Notes: generated by a model not told the origin, from the letters alone. A stretch of DNA of 64,000 nucleotides from Bacteroidales bacterium (GCA_038204995.1 JBBRCH010000016.1:927-64926), one strand, 5' to 3'. Positions 30,212 through 42,568 are shown, counted from the first letter of the stretch. Numbers and translations are program-made.

Positions 30212-30949
30212 TCAAATAACGAATTTAACTTCCTTCAAATCACAAGCCAGCACCTCTTCATTTTTAGTTTCAAGCAATAACTGCCCGTATGGATTGGTGC
30301 CTCTGATTCTTGCCTGGATTTTAGCGTCCCGCACAAAGTAGTCGTGCCATTCCATCAGCCGGTAAAGCGTTTTTTGATACTCATTTTCAATTTTTTGGGT
30401 TGATTCCGGCTTGACTTGTGCATACCTTCTGAAAATGCAATGCAATAGACTGCCTAGGATTTTGTCCAGGTTATAATCCCGGGCGGTTGTCATTTTCATA
30501 GAAACAGGATTCGGAGCATCACTTATAAAAAGTGTTTGGTTAACATTGAGTCCGATACCCACCACAACATAATCAAGTTTATTGCCAATTACTGAGTTCT
30601 GTATAAGGATGCCACAGGCTTTTTTGTCACCGATATAGATATCATTTGGCCATTTGATGCATATTTTGTGGCCTGAGATTTCGGTTTTCAGAAAGTCAAA
30701 GATGCCCAGCGATATAGCTTTATTCAATATAAACTGCTGGTCTGCTGCAAAGGATGGGTAAAGTATAAGGCTGAAAGTAAGGTTTTTCCCATATTCGCTT
30801 TCCCATTTATTTATATCCATGCCTTTTCCATGTGTTTGGTTGACGGCAACAAACACACTACCCTCCTTCGGGCGATCTTTGGAAAGCAAACCAATGGCAT
30901 GGCTATTGGTCGAATCGATTTCGGGAAGGTGTATTATTGTAGCCCTCAT
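30212..30949 (-). CDS. birA: Biotin-[acetyl-CoA-carboxylase] ligase (no HTH domain)
   Basis: IDSTN, QTHGKG, IKWPNDIYIGDKKACGILI, GIGLNVNQ. Confidence 0.92.
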   Translation of the reverse strand: MRATIIHLPEIDSTNSHAIGLLSKDRPKEGSVFVAVNQTHGKGMDINKWESEYGKNLTFSLILYPSFAADQQFILNKAISLGIFDFLKTEISGHKICIKWPNDIYIGDKKACGILIQNSVIGNKLDYVVVGIGLNVNQTLFISDAPNPVSMKMTTARDYNLDKILGSLLHCIFRRYAQVKPESTQKIENEYQKTLYRLMEWHDYFVRDAKIQARIRGTNPYGQLLLETKNEEVLACDLKEVKFVI

Positions 30950-31125
30950 AAATTTCAATTTATAAATATTAACTTCTATTGGCAGGCAAAGTTAAAACAA
31001 TTGGAGCTTTAATCCGTTCAAGATGCCGTGTACTACGGGGTGACAAATTGTCGTGTATTACAAAAGGGACTGAAGTTTGTTGTGGTAAGAGCACGAATTA
31101 GGAAACTACATTTACTTTTAATATG

Positions 31126-31133
31126 TACCTTTG
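31126..31133 (+). promoter_or_regulatory. -7 box (TACCTTTG) upstream of the rsfS-ftsH operon
   Basis: Exact TAnnTTTG match about 150 nt before rsfS. Confidence 0.5.
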
Positions 31134-31285
31134 CAAATTGATGTTAATTAGACATCTAAGTGAAATAATCAAAAGAAAAGCACTTGATTCAATGCTGCCA
31201 GTTAATACCCATGTTTAAAATTCATGACAAGGTGTGCTGTCAACAGTAATAATTACAAATTAAGGCGTAAATTAATACAATATAA

Positions 31286-31675
31286 ATGGCGAAACGTAAA
31301 AAGAGTGAAACTTCGGGAATGCTTGCTGATATTATCGTTAAAGGAATGCAGGAGAAACTCGGATTAGATATAGTAAAACTTAACCTTTCAGGAATACCAA
31401 ATTCAATTACCGATTATTTCGTCATTTGCCACGGTTCATCACACTCTCAGGTTGATGCCATTGCTGATTCTGTGCAGGCTGAAGTTAAGAAAGCTGTTGG
31501 TGCTCTGCCTTCGCATAAGGAAGGATTTGAAAACTGCGAATGGATACTGCTCGATTATTTTGATGTGGTAGTTCATGTTTTCCAGACCGAAACCCGTGGT
31601 TTTTATCAGTTGGAGAAATTATGGGCTGATGCTCCCCGTGAAGATGTATCAGTGTTAACTAAAGAAAAAAATTAA
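31286..31675 (+). CDS. rsfS: Ribosome silencing factor
   Basis: DYFVICHGSS..QVDAI, EG....WILLDYFDVVVHVF..RGFYQLEKLW. Confidence 0.95.
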   Translation: MAKRKKSETSGMLADIIVKGMQEKLGLDIVKLNLSGIPNSITDYFVICHGSSHSQVDAIADSVQAEVKKAVGALPSHKEGFENCEWILLDYFDVVVHVFQTETRGFYQLEKLWADAPREDVSVLTKEKN

Positions 31676-31688
31676 GAATTTCAACGTA

Positions 31689-33767
<2,079 letters not shown>

Positions 33768-33861
33768 TAAGTTTTACCCGGGTGAGTCTGATAAGGTGAA
33801 AAATTGCATAAATTTACCTTGTCAGAATAAATTCATCCAGGATAAATAATTTTACCGAAAA

Positions 33862-34518
33862 ATGGAAGAAAGTACATCACGGGAAAAGGTACTGAAAAAA
33901 GTTCGCCATGCTTTAATTTATAAAACCGATAATCCCTTTCCAAAGGTCGATTTCGAGTCTCCTGTTTACAAACCGATGATTGAGACGCCTGCGGTGAACT
34001 TTGCCCAGGAATTTACAAAAGTTGGAGGGGTTTTCATATATTGCGAAAACGAAAGCGAAGCCGTAAGCGCCTTATCTGCCCTGTACAATGAATGCAAATG
34101 GCATAATATTTACTGCACCGAACCGGAACTTCAATTTATGCTAACCCAGGCTGCTGTGCCTTTTGATTCGGATGAAGATAGCCTTAAAAGCCTCAATGTG
34201 GGTATTACCGGATGTGAGTTCCTGGTTGCTCGCTTAGGTAGTATTATGGTCTCATCACGAAACAGCCGGAAACTTAATGTTTATCCGGAGATTCATGTCG
34301 TTATTGCTCATGTAAATCAGCTCGTTGATGACCTGAAGGATGCTTTTCATGCTGTTCAGGTTAAATATTCGGGAAAGCTTCCATCCATGGTTTCGGTAAT
34401 AACCGGTCCCAGCCGCACTGCAGATATCGAGAAAACACTGGTAATGGGAGCACATGGTCCCCGCGAACTGATTCTGATCCTGGTTGAAACTCCTCCCGGA
34501 GAGGATGAAATTATATAA
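33862..34518 (+). CDS. LUD (LutC/YkgG) domain protein
   Basis: ITGCEFLVARLGS, ITGPSRTADIEKTLVMGAHGP. Confidence 0.88.
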   Translation: MEESTSREKVLKKVRHALIYKTDNPFPKVDFESPVYKPMIETPAVNFAQEFTKVGGVFIYCENESEAVSALSALYNECKWHNIYCTEPELQFMLTQAAVPFDSDEDSLKSLNVGITGCEFLVARLGSIMVSSRNSRKLNVYPEIHVVIAHVNQLVDDLKDAFHAVQVKYSGKLPSMVSVITGPSRTADIEKTLVMGAHGPRELILILVETPPGEDEII

Positions 34519-34520
34519 AA

Positions 34521-34727
34521 ATGTTAGATAAGTGGATAGTAATATACAGCACTTCTGAGCTTTATGATGCCGAACTGGTAAAAACTTTTATGGCGGATAA
34601 CAATATTGAATGTGTTATAATGAATAAAAAGGATTCAACATACGGGTTTGGTGAAATTGAAATTTATGTCCCTACAGAAGAAGCCTTTAGAGCAAAACAA
34701 CTAATTCTTGAATTTACAGGTGAATAA
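34521..34727 (+). CDS. Small DUF2007-like putative signal-transducing protein
   Basis: W..IYST..YDAELVK....NNIECVIMNKKDS.Y..GEIEIYV. Confidence 0.7.
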   Translation: MLDKWIVIYSTSELYDAELVKTFMADNNIECVIMNKKDSTYGFGEIEIYVPTEEAFRAKQLILEFTGE

Positions 34728-35541
34728 CTTAGCTACACGTTCCCTTACTGCTGTCTTTTTTGTAGTGGTTATGGTTGGTTCAGCGCTGCTTGGGCAAACA
34801 GTTTTCTCAGCATTGCTTTTTATCATCACTTTTCTCAGTATCAATGAGTTTGTTACCATAGTTACGAATGATAAAATTCAACCTGCGCTTTGGCCAACAC
34901 TGGTTACCGGAAGCATAGTTTTTACTGCTTTAGCAGCTAATGCCATGGGTATGATGAGAGCTGAAGGTATACTTCTCTCAATTCCCTTTATTTTCCTGCT
35001 CTTTTTCTTTGAACTGTGGCGAAAAAAAACAAATCCTTTCCTGAATATTGCGATGAGCCTTATTGCTGTTATCTATATTGCTCTTCCATTCGGTCTGATG
35101 ATGTATTTTTTTGATCCTGTAGTTATTTCCGGACCCTTCCACTATGGTATTGTGTTAGGCTTTCTGCTAATTTTGTGGCTGAATGATACGGGTGCTTATT
35201 TTATTGGATCTTTATTGGGAAAGCACAAACTTTTTGAACGCATTTCTCCCGGTAAAACCTGGGAAGGAAGTATTGGGGGAGCGATATTCGCGATGCTGAC
35301 TGCCTTGGGATTGTCATACTTTTTCGTTCAACTCGATATGCTTCACTGGCTTATTCTGGCAATAATAATTGTTGTTTCAGGCTCATTGGGCGATTTGGTT
35401 GAGTCCATGCTAAAACGCAGCCTGGGAATAAAAGATTCAGGTAATATTTTACCGGGACATGGAGGATTGCTCGACCGATATGATGCGGTTTTGCTTTCAG
35501 CTCCTTTTGTATTCGTATATTTGGCAATGTTTTGCCGGTAA
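34720..35541 (+). CDS. cdsA: Phosphatidate cytidylyltransferase
   Basis: NDTGAYFIG, ISPGKTWEG, GDLVESMLKR..IKDSG.ILPGHGGLLDR. Start probably GTG 34720 (track gives 34708). Confidence 0.93.
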   Translation: MNNLATRSLTAVFFVVVMVGSALLGQTVFSALLFIITFLSINEFVTIVTNDKIQPALWPTLVTGSIVFTALAANAMGMMRAEGILLSIPFIFLLFFFELWRKKTNPFLNIAMSLIAVIYIALPFGLMMYFFDPVVISGPFHYGIVLGFLLILWLNDTGAYFIGSLLGKHKLFERISPGKTWEGSIGGAIFAMLTALGLSYFFVQLDMLHWLILAIIIVVSGSLGDLVESMLKRSLGIKDSGNILPGHGGLLDRYDAVLLSAPFVFVYLAMFCR

Positions 35542-35560
35542 TTAATACTTTTGACGATTA

Positions 35561-36241
35561 ATGAAAATACATAAAGAAGGATATAACAGTATTGTCGCTG
35601 CGACTATAGCCGCTTCAATATTGGTGGTTGGTATCAATTATTTTTTTCCTGTACAGACTATCTTTCATCTACTTGGATATTCAGGACTCTTTGTTATCTG
35701 GATAATAATTATACGGTTTTTCCGTATGCCGTATCGGGAATTTGTTGAGGATTCTGATATTGTACTTTGCCCTGCCGATGGTACTATTGTTGCTATCGAA
35801 GAAGTTTTTGTTGATGAATTTTTTAATGACCGTCGGAAACAAGTGTCTGTTTTTATGTCCCCCAGCAATGTGCATGTTAACCGGTATCCTGTATCGGGCA
35901 AAATAGTCTATACCAACTACTGGCCGGGATCCTTCCTTGTTGCCTGGCATCCTAAATCGTCAACTGAAAATGAACGAAATACGGTTGTGGTTGATCATGC
36001 GAAATATGGCCCGATAATGGTGCGCCAGATAGCCGGCGCACTTGCACGCAGGATAGTCTGTTACTCAAAACCTGACGAGCGGATTCAGCAAGGCAGGGAA
36101 TTGGGTTTCATAAAATTTGGCAGCCGGGTCGACCTTTTTCTGCCTCTTGAAGCCGATATAAAAATTGCTCTGGAACAAAAAGTGCAGGGTGGAATTACCG
36201 TTATTGCCAAACTGGACGACAAACAAGTTTCGAATGTTTAA
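35561..36241 (+). CDS. psd: Phosphatidylserine decarboxylase proenzyme
   Basis: CPADG, VFMSPSNVHVNRYP, QIAG..ARRI, self-cleavage motif KFGSRVD. Confidence 0.93.
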   Translation: MKIHKEGYNSIVAATIAASILVVGINYFFPVQTIFHLLGYSGLFVIWIIIIRFFRMPYREFVEDSDIVLCPADGTIVAIEEVFVDEFFNDRRKQVSVFMSPSNVHVNRYPVSGKIVYTNYWPGSFLVAWHPKSSTENERNTVVVDHAKYGPIMVRQIAGALARRIVCYSKPDERIQQGRELGFIKFGSRVDLFLPLEADIKIALEQKVQGGITVIAKLDDKQVSNV

Positions 36242-36334
36242 CATATTTTTAACAAAATAATAGATTGTTTGTCCAACAAAACTATATACTTTTGCGTTAT
36301 CAAAAAATGTAACCATTTTAACAACTTATAGACC

Positions 36335-36628
36335 ATGAAAAAAATTGCCATTGTAATTTCAATTTTCTCTCTCATTTTTGCTTTCTCTCTGTCAACAGTT
36401 TCAGCACAGAAAGTTACTTCCGCACAGAAAGCTAAAACCGAAAAAGTTAGCTCAACTAAAGAAGCCGCCGCTCCTGCAAAAGCATGTTGCTCAAAAGGCG
36501 CTGCAAGTGCTTCCGATACCGATGGTAAAGCTGGCTGCTCAAAAACATGTTCCAAGGCCGAAAGTAAAGCCTGCAGCAAAAAAGGAGAAGCTAAAACTGA
36601 AGATGCCCCCGTTCCTAAGTCGAACTAA
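36335..36628 (+). CDS. Small secreted Lys/Ala/Ser-rich protein with a Cys cluster
   Basis: Signal peptide MKKIAIV..VSAQ; ACCSK..GCSKTCSK..ACSKK; own -7 box TACTTTTG at 36287-36294 and a downstream terminator. Confidence 0.75.
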   Translation: MKKIAIVISIFSLIFAFSLSTVSAQKVTSAQKAKTEKVSSTKEAAAPAKACCSKGAASASDTDGKAGCSKTCSKAESKACSKKGEAKTEDAPVPKSN

Positions 36629-36652
36629 AACAAAAGGATTTCTACTGTAAAA

Positions 36653-36680
36653 TAGACCCGCTTCATAGCGGGTTTTTTTA
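36653..36680 (+). terminator. Intrinsic terminator
   Basis: ACCCGCT-TCAT-AGCGGGT followed by TTTTTT. Confidence 0.85.
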
Positions 36681-36887
36681 TCCCTGTTTGGGTATAGTGT
36701 ATGATTTTGCACGTATAGTAAGCCAGGCGTTTCTTGGATCAAAATTATAGGTTGGGGAATATTTTAACCTTTAGGAGATTGTCCTGGAAAGAGAAAACTG
36801 TTATTGTTAAAGGGTAAGAACCTGAATTTTTCAGTCAATAAATTAATACTAAAAAAGGGATTTTTGAATAGTTGATACCTCATCAAC

Positions 36888-37832
36888 TTAATTTGGAATA
36901 ATAGGCAGAACCAAATTTCTGACTTTTCCGGTTAACCAGATATTTCCAGCTTTATCTGTTAAAGCTGACAGACCAATATCATTATCATGAAGACCAAGCT
37001 CACCCCCCTCTATAAACTTGGTAAATGTTTTACCATCATAGCACCATATACCCTGATGCCGGGTGCCTAACCATAAATTACCATTTCCATCTTCTAATAT
37101 ATACCGAATCCATACTTCACCACCTGGTTTTATATTAGTTATGGATTTTCCATCATATCGACACAGACACTCAGATGCCATGGGTCCGGAGCCAAATAAA
37201 ATAATTCCATTTTTATCTTCCAACATACATTGTACACTTTTAAGACTAAGACCATTGCTGTTGATAACGCTTTGATGATCTAAAAAACGGGTAAAAGTTT
37301 TGCCATCGTAAAAATAAACACCGGCAGTTGTGCCAAACCAAATGATTCCGCTTTTATCCTGTATCATACTCCACACTTCATTTTTTGCAGGTGGGTTATT
37401 GTTTGATAAATTATTGGGATAGAAAGTTAAGCCATTGGTAACGGCAATCGGAATACGTATAATTGCTTTTCCATCGAAACGACACACTCCTGAATCTGTA
37501 CCGAACCAAATATTTCCGGATTTATCTTGTAAAATAGACCAAACAATATTGCTATTCAAACCATCTTTAACTGTAAATTGAATAAAGAATTTCCCATCGT
37601 AGCGTTAAACGCCTTCCCCTGTGGTACCAAACCAAAGATCCCCGGTTTTATCCTGCAAACTACAATGAATATTTTGATATTGGTTTGAACCTTGTGTCTT
37701 TACCAGTTTCAATTGTCCAACAGCAGTCATTACACTGTCCTTTGGCCATTTTGTTTTTACTTGCCCGATGCAGGAAGTAAAGAACATCCATACTAAAAGT
37801 ACGGTTATTGAGACGAATTTTCTGTTTTTCAT
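36888..37832 (-). pseudogene. Secreted beta-propeller (Reg_prop repeat) protein interrupted by an in-frame TAA at 37605-37607
   Basis: ORFs 37605..37832 and 36888..37559 share one frame and read ..WFGTTGEGV*RYDGKFFIQFTVKDGLNSNIVW..; other repeats have an aromatic or Cys residue at the stop position (GVYFYDGK, GVCRFDGK). Confidence 0.8.
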
Positions 37833-38028
37833 TGTTAATAGATAACAAAGTTATCTATTGAATAGTTGCATTGTTGTCTGTCTTTTAGCATTGGCATAAT
37901 TTATTAGCATAAATTTTAATATACTAAATCTGTGAATTCTTTTGTCTCATTATAGAAAAATCAACTTTGATAAACCGGAAAATGTTTAAATGATAATTTT
38001 AGCCTGAATGTTGACTCCGGAAAATTAT

Positions 38029-38727
38029 TTAAAGCAATCCCATGATTTCATCCAGCGAAAATACTTCGAAAGTTACCGGCTCTGAATGTATTTTCCTTTC
38101 ATGATTTACATAAAGCTGATCAATGCCTAAACGACGGGCACCTGCCATATCCACATCCAGGTCGTCACCAATCATAAGGCTTTCGCCGGCATGTGCTCCG
38201 GCTTTTTGCAATGCAAACCTGAAAATCTCCGGATCGGGTTTCTTTACACCAGCCTCTTCACTGGTAATGATTTGGGTAAAGTATTTGCCCAGGCCGGAGT
38301 TTTTGAGCTTTCCGTATTGCACTTCTTCAAAACCGTTAGTAATAATATATAATGGGTATTTGGGATGCAAATAGGCAAGCAATTCGCGTGTAAACGGAAA
38401 CAGATATGTTTTCGACGTTATGCCTTCAATATAGGCTTTGGCCATCTCAGCGCCTAAATCCTTGTCGTCGATGCCGAATACACATAGAGTGTCATAAAAT
38501 CTTCTGAAATTAAGCTCATCTTTTTCTATTTTGTCTTCGCGGTATAAGGCCCATAATGCCAGGTTGATTCCGACATATTTTTCCCTGAAAATCTCATATC
38601 TTTCAATACCCCTTTCTCCCAGCTTTAAAAGTTCAAACATCTCGCGTTTTGTTTCTTCGGCATTACGCTCAAAATCCCACAAGGTATGATCCAGGTCAAA
38701 GAAAATGTGTTTATATCTTTTTTCCAT
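38029..38727 (-). CDS. YjjG-family HAD pyrimidine nucleotidase
   Basis: FFDLDHTLWDF, ITNGF, KKP..IF, MIGDDL..D. Confidence 0.9.
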   Translation of the reverse strand: MEKRYKHIFFDLDHTLWDFERNAEETKREMFELLKLGERGIERYEIFREKYVGINLALWALYREDKIEKDELNFRRFYDTLCVFGIDDKDLGAEMAKAYIEGITSKTYLFPFTRELLAYLHPKYPLYIITNGFEEVQYGKLKNSGLGKYFTQIITSEEAGVKKPDPEIFRFALQKAGAHAGESLMIGDDLDVDMAGARRLGIDQLYVNHERKIHSEPVTFEVFSLDEIMGLL

Positions 38728-38814
38728 CTTTGTCTATACAATACATGCAAAAGTAATTCTTGCAGTTCAGAAAAAAAATTTTATTCATTTTGTCGAAAAT
38801 AGAAATAAATGTTG

Positions 38815-38841
38815 TATCATTGCAATATCAATTTAATATCA
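38815..38841 (+). promoter_or_regulatory. Three TATCA direct repeats at 11-bp spacing, candidate operator for the operon's RHH protein
   Basis: TATCA ends at 38819, 38830 and 38841, overlapping a -7-like box (TATCATTG) just before the SPFH ATG. Confidence 0.55.
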
Positions 38842-38848
38842 AAGTAAA

Positions 38849-39715
38849 ATGGAAAAGGAAAAATTAGACTCAACATCAACAGGCTATTTTGGATTGTTGA
38901 TCCTCCTGGCATTTCTTAGTGCCGGTATTTTTATCATGATTAAGTTTAATCAGCAACTTTTCGGCCTGATATCAGGACCGGTTTTCCTGGTCTTAGCTGC
39001 ATTTATGGCAACTGGCTTCCTGGTGGTAAATCCCAATGAATCGTCAGTATTGACTCTTTTTGGCGAATATAAAGGAACCTTAAAGCGCAACGGCTTTTAC
39101 TGGCTTAATCCTTTTTTTGTAAAAAAGAAAATTTCCTTACGTGCCCGTAATTTTAACTCCGAGTTAGTTAAGGTTAACGACAAGCTGGGTAATCCTATTA
39201 TGATCGGCATTGTATTGGTGTGGAAGGTAGAGGAGACTTTCAGGGCAGCTTTCCAGGTGGATGACTACCTCAGGTTTGTAGAAATACAGAGCGAATCAGC
39301 GGTGCGTAAATTGGCAGGCCATTATGCTTATGATAATTTTGATGATGATCAGACTGAAATCACCCTTCGCAGTGGTGGTGAAGAAGTGAACCACGTTTTG
39401 GAAAAGGAGCTTTCGGAGCGTTTGCATATTGCCGGAATCAATGTGATTGAAGCCCGTATAGCACACCTTGCCTATTCCGCAGAGATTGCCCAGGCAATGT
39501 TGAAGCGTCAGCAGGCAACAGCGATCGTGGCAGCGCGTACTAAAATTGTTGAAGGTGCTGTTAGCATGGTCGAAATGGCGTTGACCAAGCTCTCAGAGGG
39601 TAAGATTGTGGATCTGGACGATGAGCGAAAGGCCGCTATGGTAAGTAACTTACTGGTGGTTTTATGTTCAGATAAGGATGCCTCACCTATCGTTAATGCT
39701 GGTTCAATTTATTAG
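38849..39715 (+). CDS. SPFH (band 7) domain membrane protein
   Basis: Two N-terminal TM helices, [53 protein letters not shown]. Confidence 0.92.
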   Translation: MEKEKLDSTSTGYFGLLILLAFLSAGIFIMIKFNQQLFGLISGPVFLVLAAFMATGFLVVNPNESSVLTLFGEYKGTLKRNGFYWLNPFFVKKKISLRARNFNSELVKVNDKLGNPIMIGIVLVWKVEETFRAAFQVDDYLRFVEIQSESAVRKLAGHYAYDNFDDDQTEITLRSGGEEVNHVLEKELSERLHIAGINVIEARIAHLAYSAEIAQAMLKRQQATAIVAARTKIVEGAVSMVEMALTKLSEGKIVDLDDERKAAMVSNLLVVLCSDKDASPIVNAGSIY

Positions 39716-39724
39716 TCATAAGCT

Positions 39725-40270
39725 ATGGAAAGACTCATTTACAGGGAAGAACAACTTGTTCGTCAGTCGGTTATGCCCTGGATCGTTATTCCTGCATGGT
39801 TGTTTATGATAGGAACATTCGGATATGGTTTCTATCAGCAATTTTATCTTGGCAGGGCATTTGGTGACGAACCTATGAGCAATAACGGCCTGCTCCTGAC
39901 CGGAATACTTACTATTACTCTTACGGGCATATTTTTTGTTGTTTTATTGAGTGGGTCACTGGATACCGAAATATGGTCCGATGGCATCAGGTACAAGTTC
40001 CCACCCTTTATACGCAATTTAAAACATATTCCTTTGAGTGATATAGCTTCGGCAGAGGTCTCGAAATACAGGCCTTTAGTGGAATTTGGCGGCTGGGGAT
40101 GGCGGAAACGACTTTTTTCACGAAAAACAGCCTATAACCTGGGAGGGAATATCGGGCTCAGGGTGGTACGCAAAAACGGAAGCCAGATAGTATTCGGCAC
40201 GCGAAAGAAAGATGAAATGAAGCGCGCCGTTGATAAAATGATGTTAACCGGCACTGAGCAAAGATTTTAA
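39725..40270 (+). CDS. Hypothetical membrane protein (two TM helices plus a probable PH-like domain)
   Basis: YREEQ, two TM helices, YRPLVEFGGWG.R..AYN..GN.GL..IVFGT. Confidence 0.7.
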   Translation: MERLIYREEQLVRQSVMPWIVIPAWLFMIGTFGYGFYQQFYLGRAFGDEPMSNNGLLLTGILTITLTGIFFVVLLSGSLDTEIWSDGIRYKFPPFIRNLKHIPLSDIASAEVSKYRPLVEFGGWGWRKRLFSRKTAYNLGGNIGLRVVRKNGSQIVFGTRKKDEMKRAVDKMMLTGTEQRF

Positions 40271-40290
40271 CACAATTAATCGTATCGGCA

Positions 40291-41691
40291 ATGAAAAAAA
40301 AGATAACATTTTCACTCCTGGCAGTATTCACCTCGCTTTATATATTTAGCCAGGATATAACAGGACAGTGGAACGGAATGCTCGAAGTTCAGGGAATAAA
40401 GTTAAGAATAGTCTTTAATATTACCCAAACCGATAGCGGGTACATTTCAACAATGGACAGCCCCGATCAATCGGCAAATGGTATTCATGTCAGTTCAACG
40501 AGTTTTGAAAATCCGATCCTGAATTTGAAAGTACTAAATGCAGGTATTGAATATGAAGGTGAACTTAAAGAAAATGCGTTTATCGGTACTTTTAAACAGG
40601 GAGGACTCTCATTGCCGCTGGATTTAAAACGAGAAAAAATTGAAAAAGTAAAAATGATCAGGCCACAGGACCCTGTTGAGCCATACCCGTATTATTCGCA
40701 AGAGGTATCTTTTACTAATGATAAAGCCAACTTAAAATTGGCGGGAACACTTACATTGCCTCATAAGCAAGGGAGATATCCGGTTGCTGTTCTGATTACC
40801 GGAAGCGGACCACAAAACAGGGACGAAGAACTTTTAGGTCATAAACCATTTCTGGTTATATCGGATTATTTAACCAGAAACGGAATTGCAGTTTTGCGCT
40901 ATGATGACCGGGGTACAGCACAATCAGAAGGCGATTTTAAGACAGCAACCTCTCAGGACTTTGCTTCTGATGTCGAAGCAGCCATATCCTATTTGAAAAC
41001 AAGAACTGACATAGATAAAAGCAAAATTGGATTAATCGGCCACAGTGAAGGTGGAATTATTGCTCCTATGGTAGCCTCAGGTTCAAAAGATGTAAATTTT
41101 ATTGTACTGCTGGCAGGTACGGGGATCCGAGGTGATAAATTGTTATTAATGCAACAGGAACTGATTGGAAGAGCATCGGGAGTTTCTGAAACTGATTTAC
41201 AGAGAGCGAAAGAGATAAACAGGTATGCATTTGATCTGGTGGTAAATTCTACTGATATTGAAAAGTTAAAAGCAGACCTTACTGATTTTATAAAGCAAAG
41301 AATAAAGGATCTTCCCGAATCTGAAAAACCTAAGGGCATAAGTGAAGATGAATATATAAGCTCCCAGGTAAATCAGCTTACAAGTCCGTGGATGCTTTAT
41401 TTTCTCAAATATGATCCTGCAAGGACATTACAAAAAGTAAAGTGCCCGGTTTTAGCTATTAACGGAGAAAAAGACCTTCAGGTGCCAGCAGTTGAGAATC
41501 TGGAAGCGATAAAAATTGCTTTACAAAAAGGAGGAAACAAAAATGTTACAGTCAAGGAATTACCAGGCTTGAACCATTTATTCCAGGAATGTAAAACAGG
41601 TTTGCCAGCTGAATATTCACAGATAGAACAGACATTTTCCCCAGTTGCATTAGAAAAAATAACAACCTGGATACTGAATCAAGTGAAATAG
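40291..41691 (+). CDS. Secreted alpha/beta-fold serine hydrolase
   Basis: Signal peptide; ITGSGPQNRDE, nucleophile GHSEGG, GEKDLQV, LNHLFQ. Confidence 0.88.
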   Translation: MKKKITFSLLAVFTSLYIFSQDITGQWNGMLEVQGIKLRIVFNITQTDSGYISTMDSPDQSANGIHVSSTSFENPILNLKVLNAGIEYEGELKENAFIGTFKQGGLSLPLDLKREKIEKVKMIRPQDPVEPYPYYSQEVSFTNDKANLKLAGTLTLPHKQGRYPVAVLITGSGPQNRDEELLGHKPFLVISDYLTRNGIAVLRYDDRGTAQSEGDFKTATSQDFASDVEAAISYLKTRTDIDKSKIGLIGHSEGGIIAPMVASGSKDVNFIVLLAGTGIRGDKLLLMQQELIGRASGVSETDLQRAKEINRYAFDLVVNSTDIEKLKADLTDFIKQRIKDLPESEKPKGISEDEYISSQVNQLTSPWMLYFLKYDPARTLQKVKCPVLAINGEKDLQVPAVENLEAIKIALQKGGNKNVTVKELPGLNHLFQECKTGLPAEYSQIEQTFSPVALEKITTWILNQVK

Positions 41692-41830
41692 AATCTGGTA
41701 CTCCTCTTTCTGGTAAACGTGTATTAGCTTTTGTTGATGATATGGTTACAGGTACTTTTAAGCTGATATAAATAGAATCAGCTATACTTTTATCTGTAGC
41801 TGGGTTAATGATGAAAATTAAATAGATCAA

Positions 41831-42019
41831 ATGTCGAAGAAAAAAGTATTTGCCCTGCGTGTGGATGAAGAAGTTTATGCCGCGATCGAAAGATGGGCTG
41901 CCGATGAATTTCGCAGTACCAACGGGCAACTGGAATGGATTATTGGCAAGGCCTTGAAAGAAGTCCGTAGAATGCCCCAATCAACTCAAACAGGTGATGA
42001 TAAAATTAGCGGTAAATAA
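41831..42019 (+). CDS. Arc-like ribbon-helix-helix DNA-binding protein
   Basis: KKVFALRVD....AIERWAADEFRSTNGQLEWII; the RHH type usually found next to SPFH genes. Confidence 0.85.
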   Translation: MSKKKVFALRVDEEVYAAIERWAADEFRSTNGQLEWIIGKALKEVRRMPQSTQTGDDKISGK

Positions 42020-42050
42020 AAAACGGCGGGAAAATAAATCCCGCCGCTGT
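42018..42050. terminator. Terminator hairpin between convergent genes
   Basis: AAAAA-CGGCGGGA-aaataaa-TCCCGCCG. Confidence 0.7.
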
Positions 42051-42083
42051 ATTTATCGAAATTAGCCCCTTTCGGAGATATTC

Positions 42084-42509
42084 TTATTTTTTAATAACTG
42101 TACCCTTAATAATGAGCATCACAGGATTAGGATCAGCATTGGTGGTAACTGTTACACTCTTGCTGAATTGTCCCATGGCAGCAGCGTTGTAAGTTGCAGC
42201 TATAATTGTAGATTTACCGGGTAAAATAGGTTCCTGCGAATATTTCAGGTTCGTGCAACCGCAACCAGCTTTGGCTGTCTGAATAAGAAGCGGCTCTTTC
42301 CCTTCATTTGTGAGTTTAAATTGCGCTTCTTTTGGAATTCCCTGCTCGATTTCTCCGAAATCGTTTACAGTTTTATCAAATTTTGCTTTAGGTGCATTCG
42401 GATTAACAACCGGAGTTGATTGGGCAGCAACAGCAGTGACTGCAGTTTGAGCGTTTACCTGGCTGAAACCAAGTACAAAAATAACAACAATGAGAAGTAG
42501 GTTTTTCAT
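42084..42509 (-). CDS. Secreted DUF1573 (Ig-like) domain protein
   Basis: Signal peptide; DFGEI..F.LTNEGKEPL.I..AKAGCGCT..PILPG..F.KSVTVTTNA. Confidence 0.88.
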   Translation of the reverse strand: MKNLLLIVVIFVLGFSQVNAQTAVTAVAAQSTPVVNPNAPKAKFDKTVNDFGEIEQGIPKEAQFKLTNEGKEPLLIQTAKAGCGCTNLKYSQEPILPGKSTIIAATYNAAAMGQFSKSVTVTTNADPNPVMLIIKGTVIKK

Positions 42510-42568
42510 GAGATTAATATCGTTTAGTTTGTTTATGCAAAGATGGACCGATATTTTGATGATTGATT

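Noticed and set aside
36238-36742. Alternative overlapping ORFs around the small Cys-rich gene
   Set aside because: Only 36335..36628 has a signal peptide, promoter box and terminator in matching orientation.
37605-37607. Stop-codon reassignment or programmed readthrough
   Set aside because: TAA ends many intact genes here and only one gene is interrupted.
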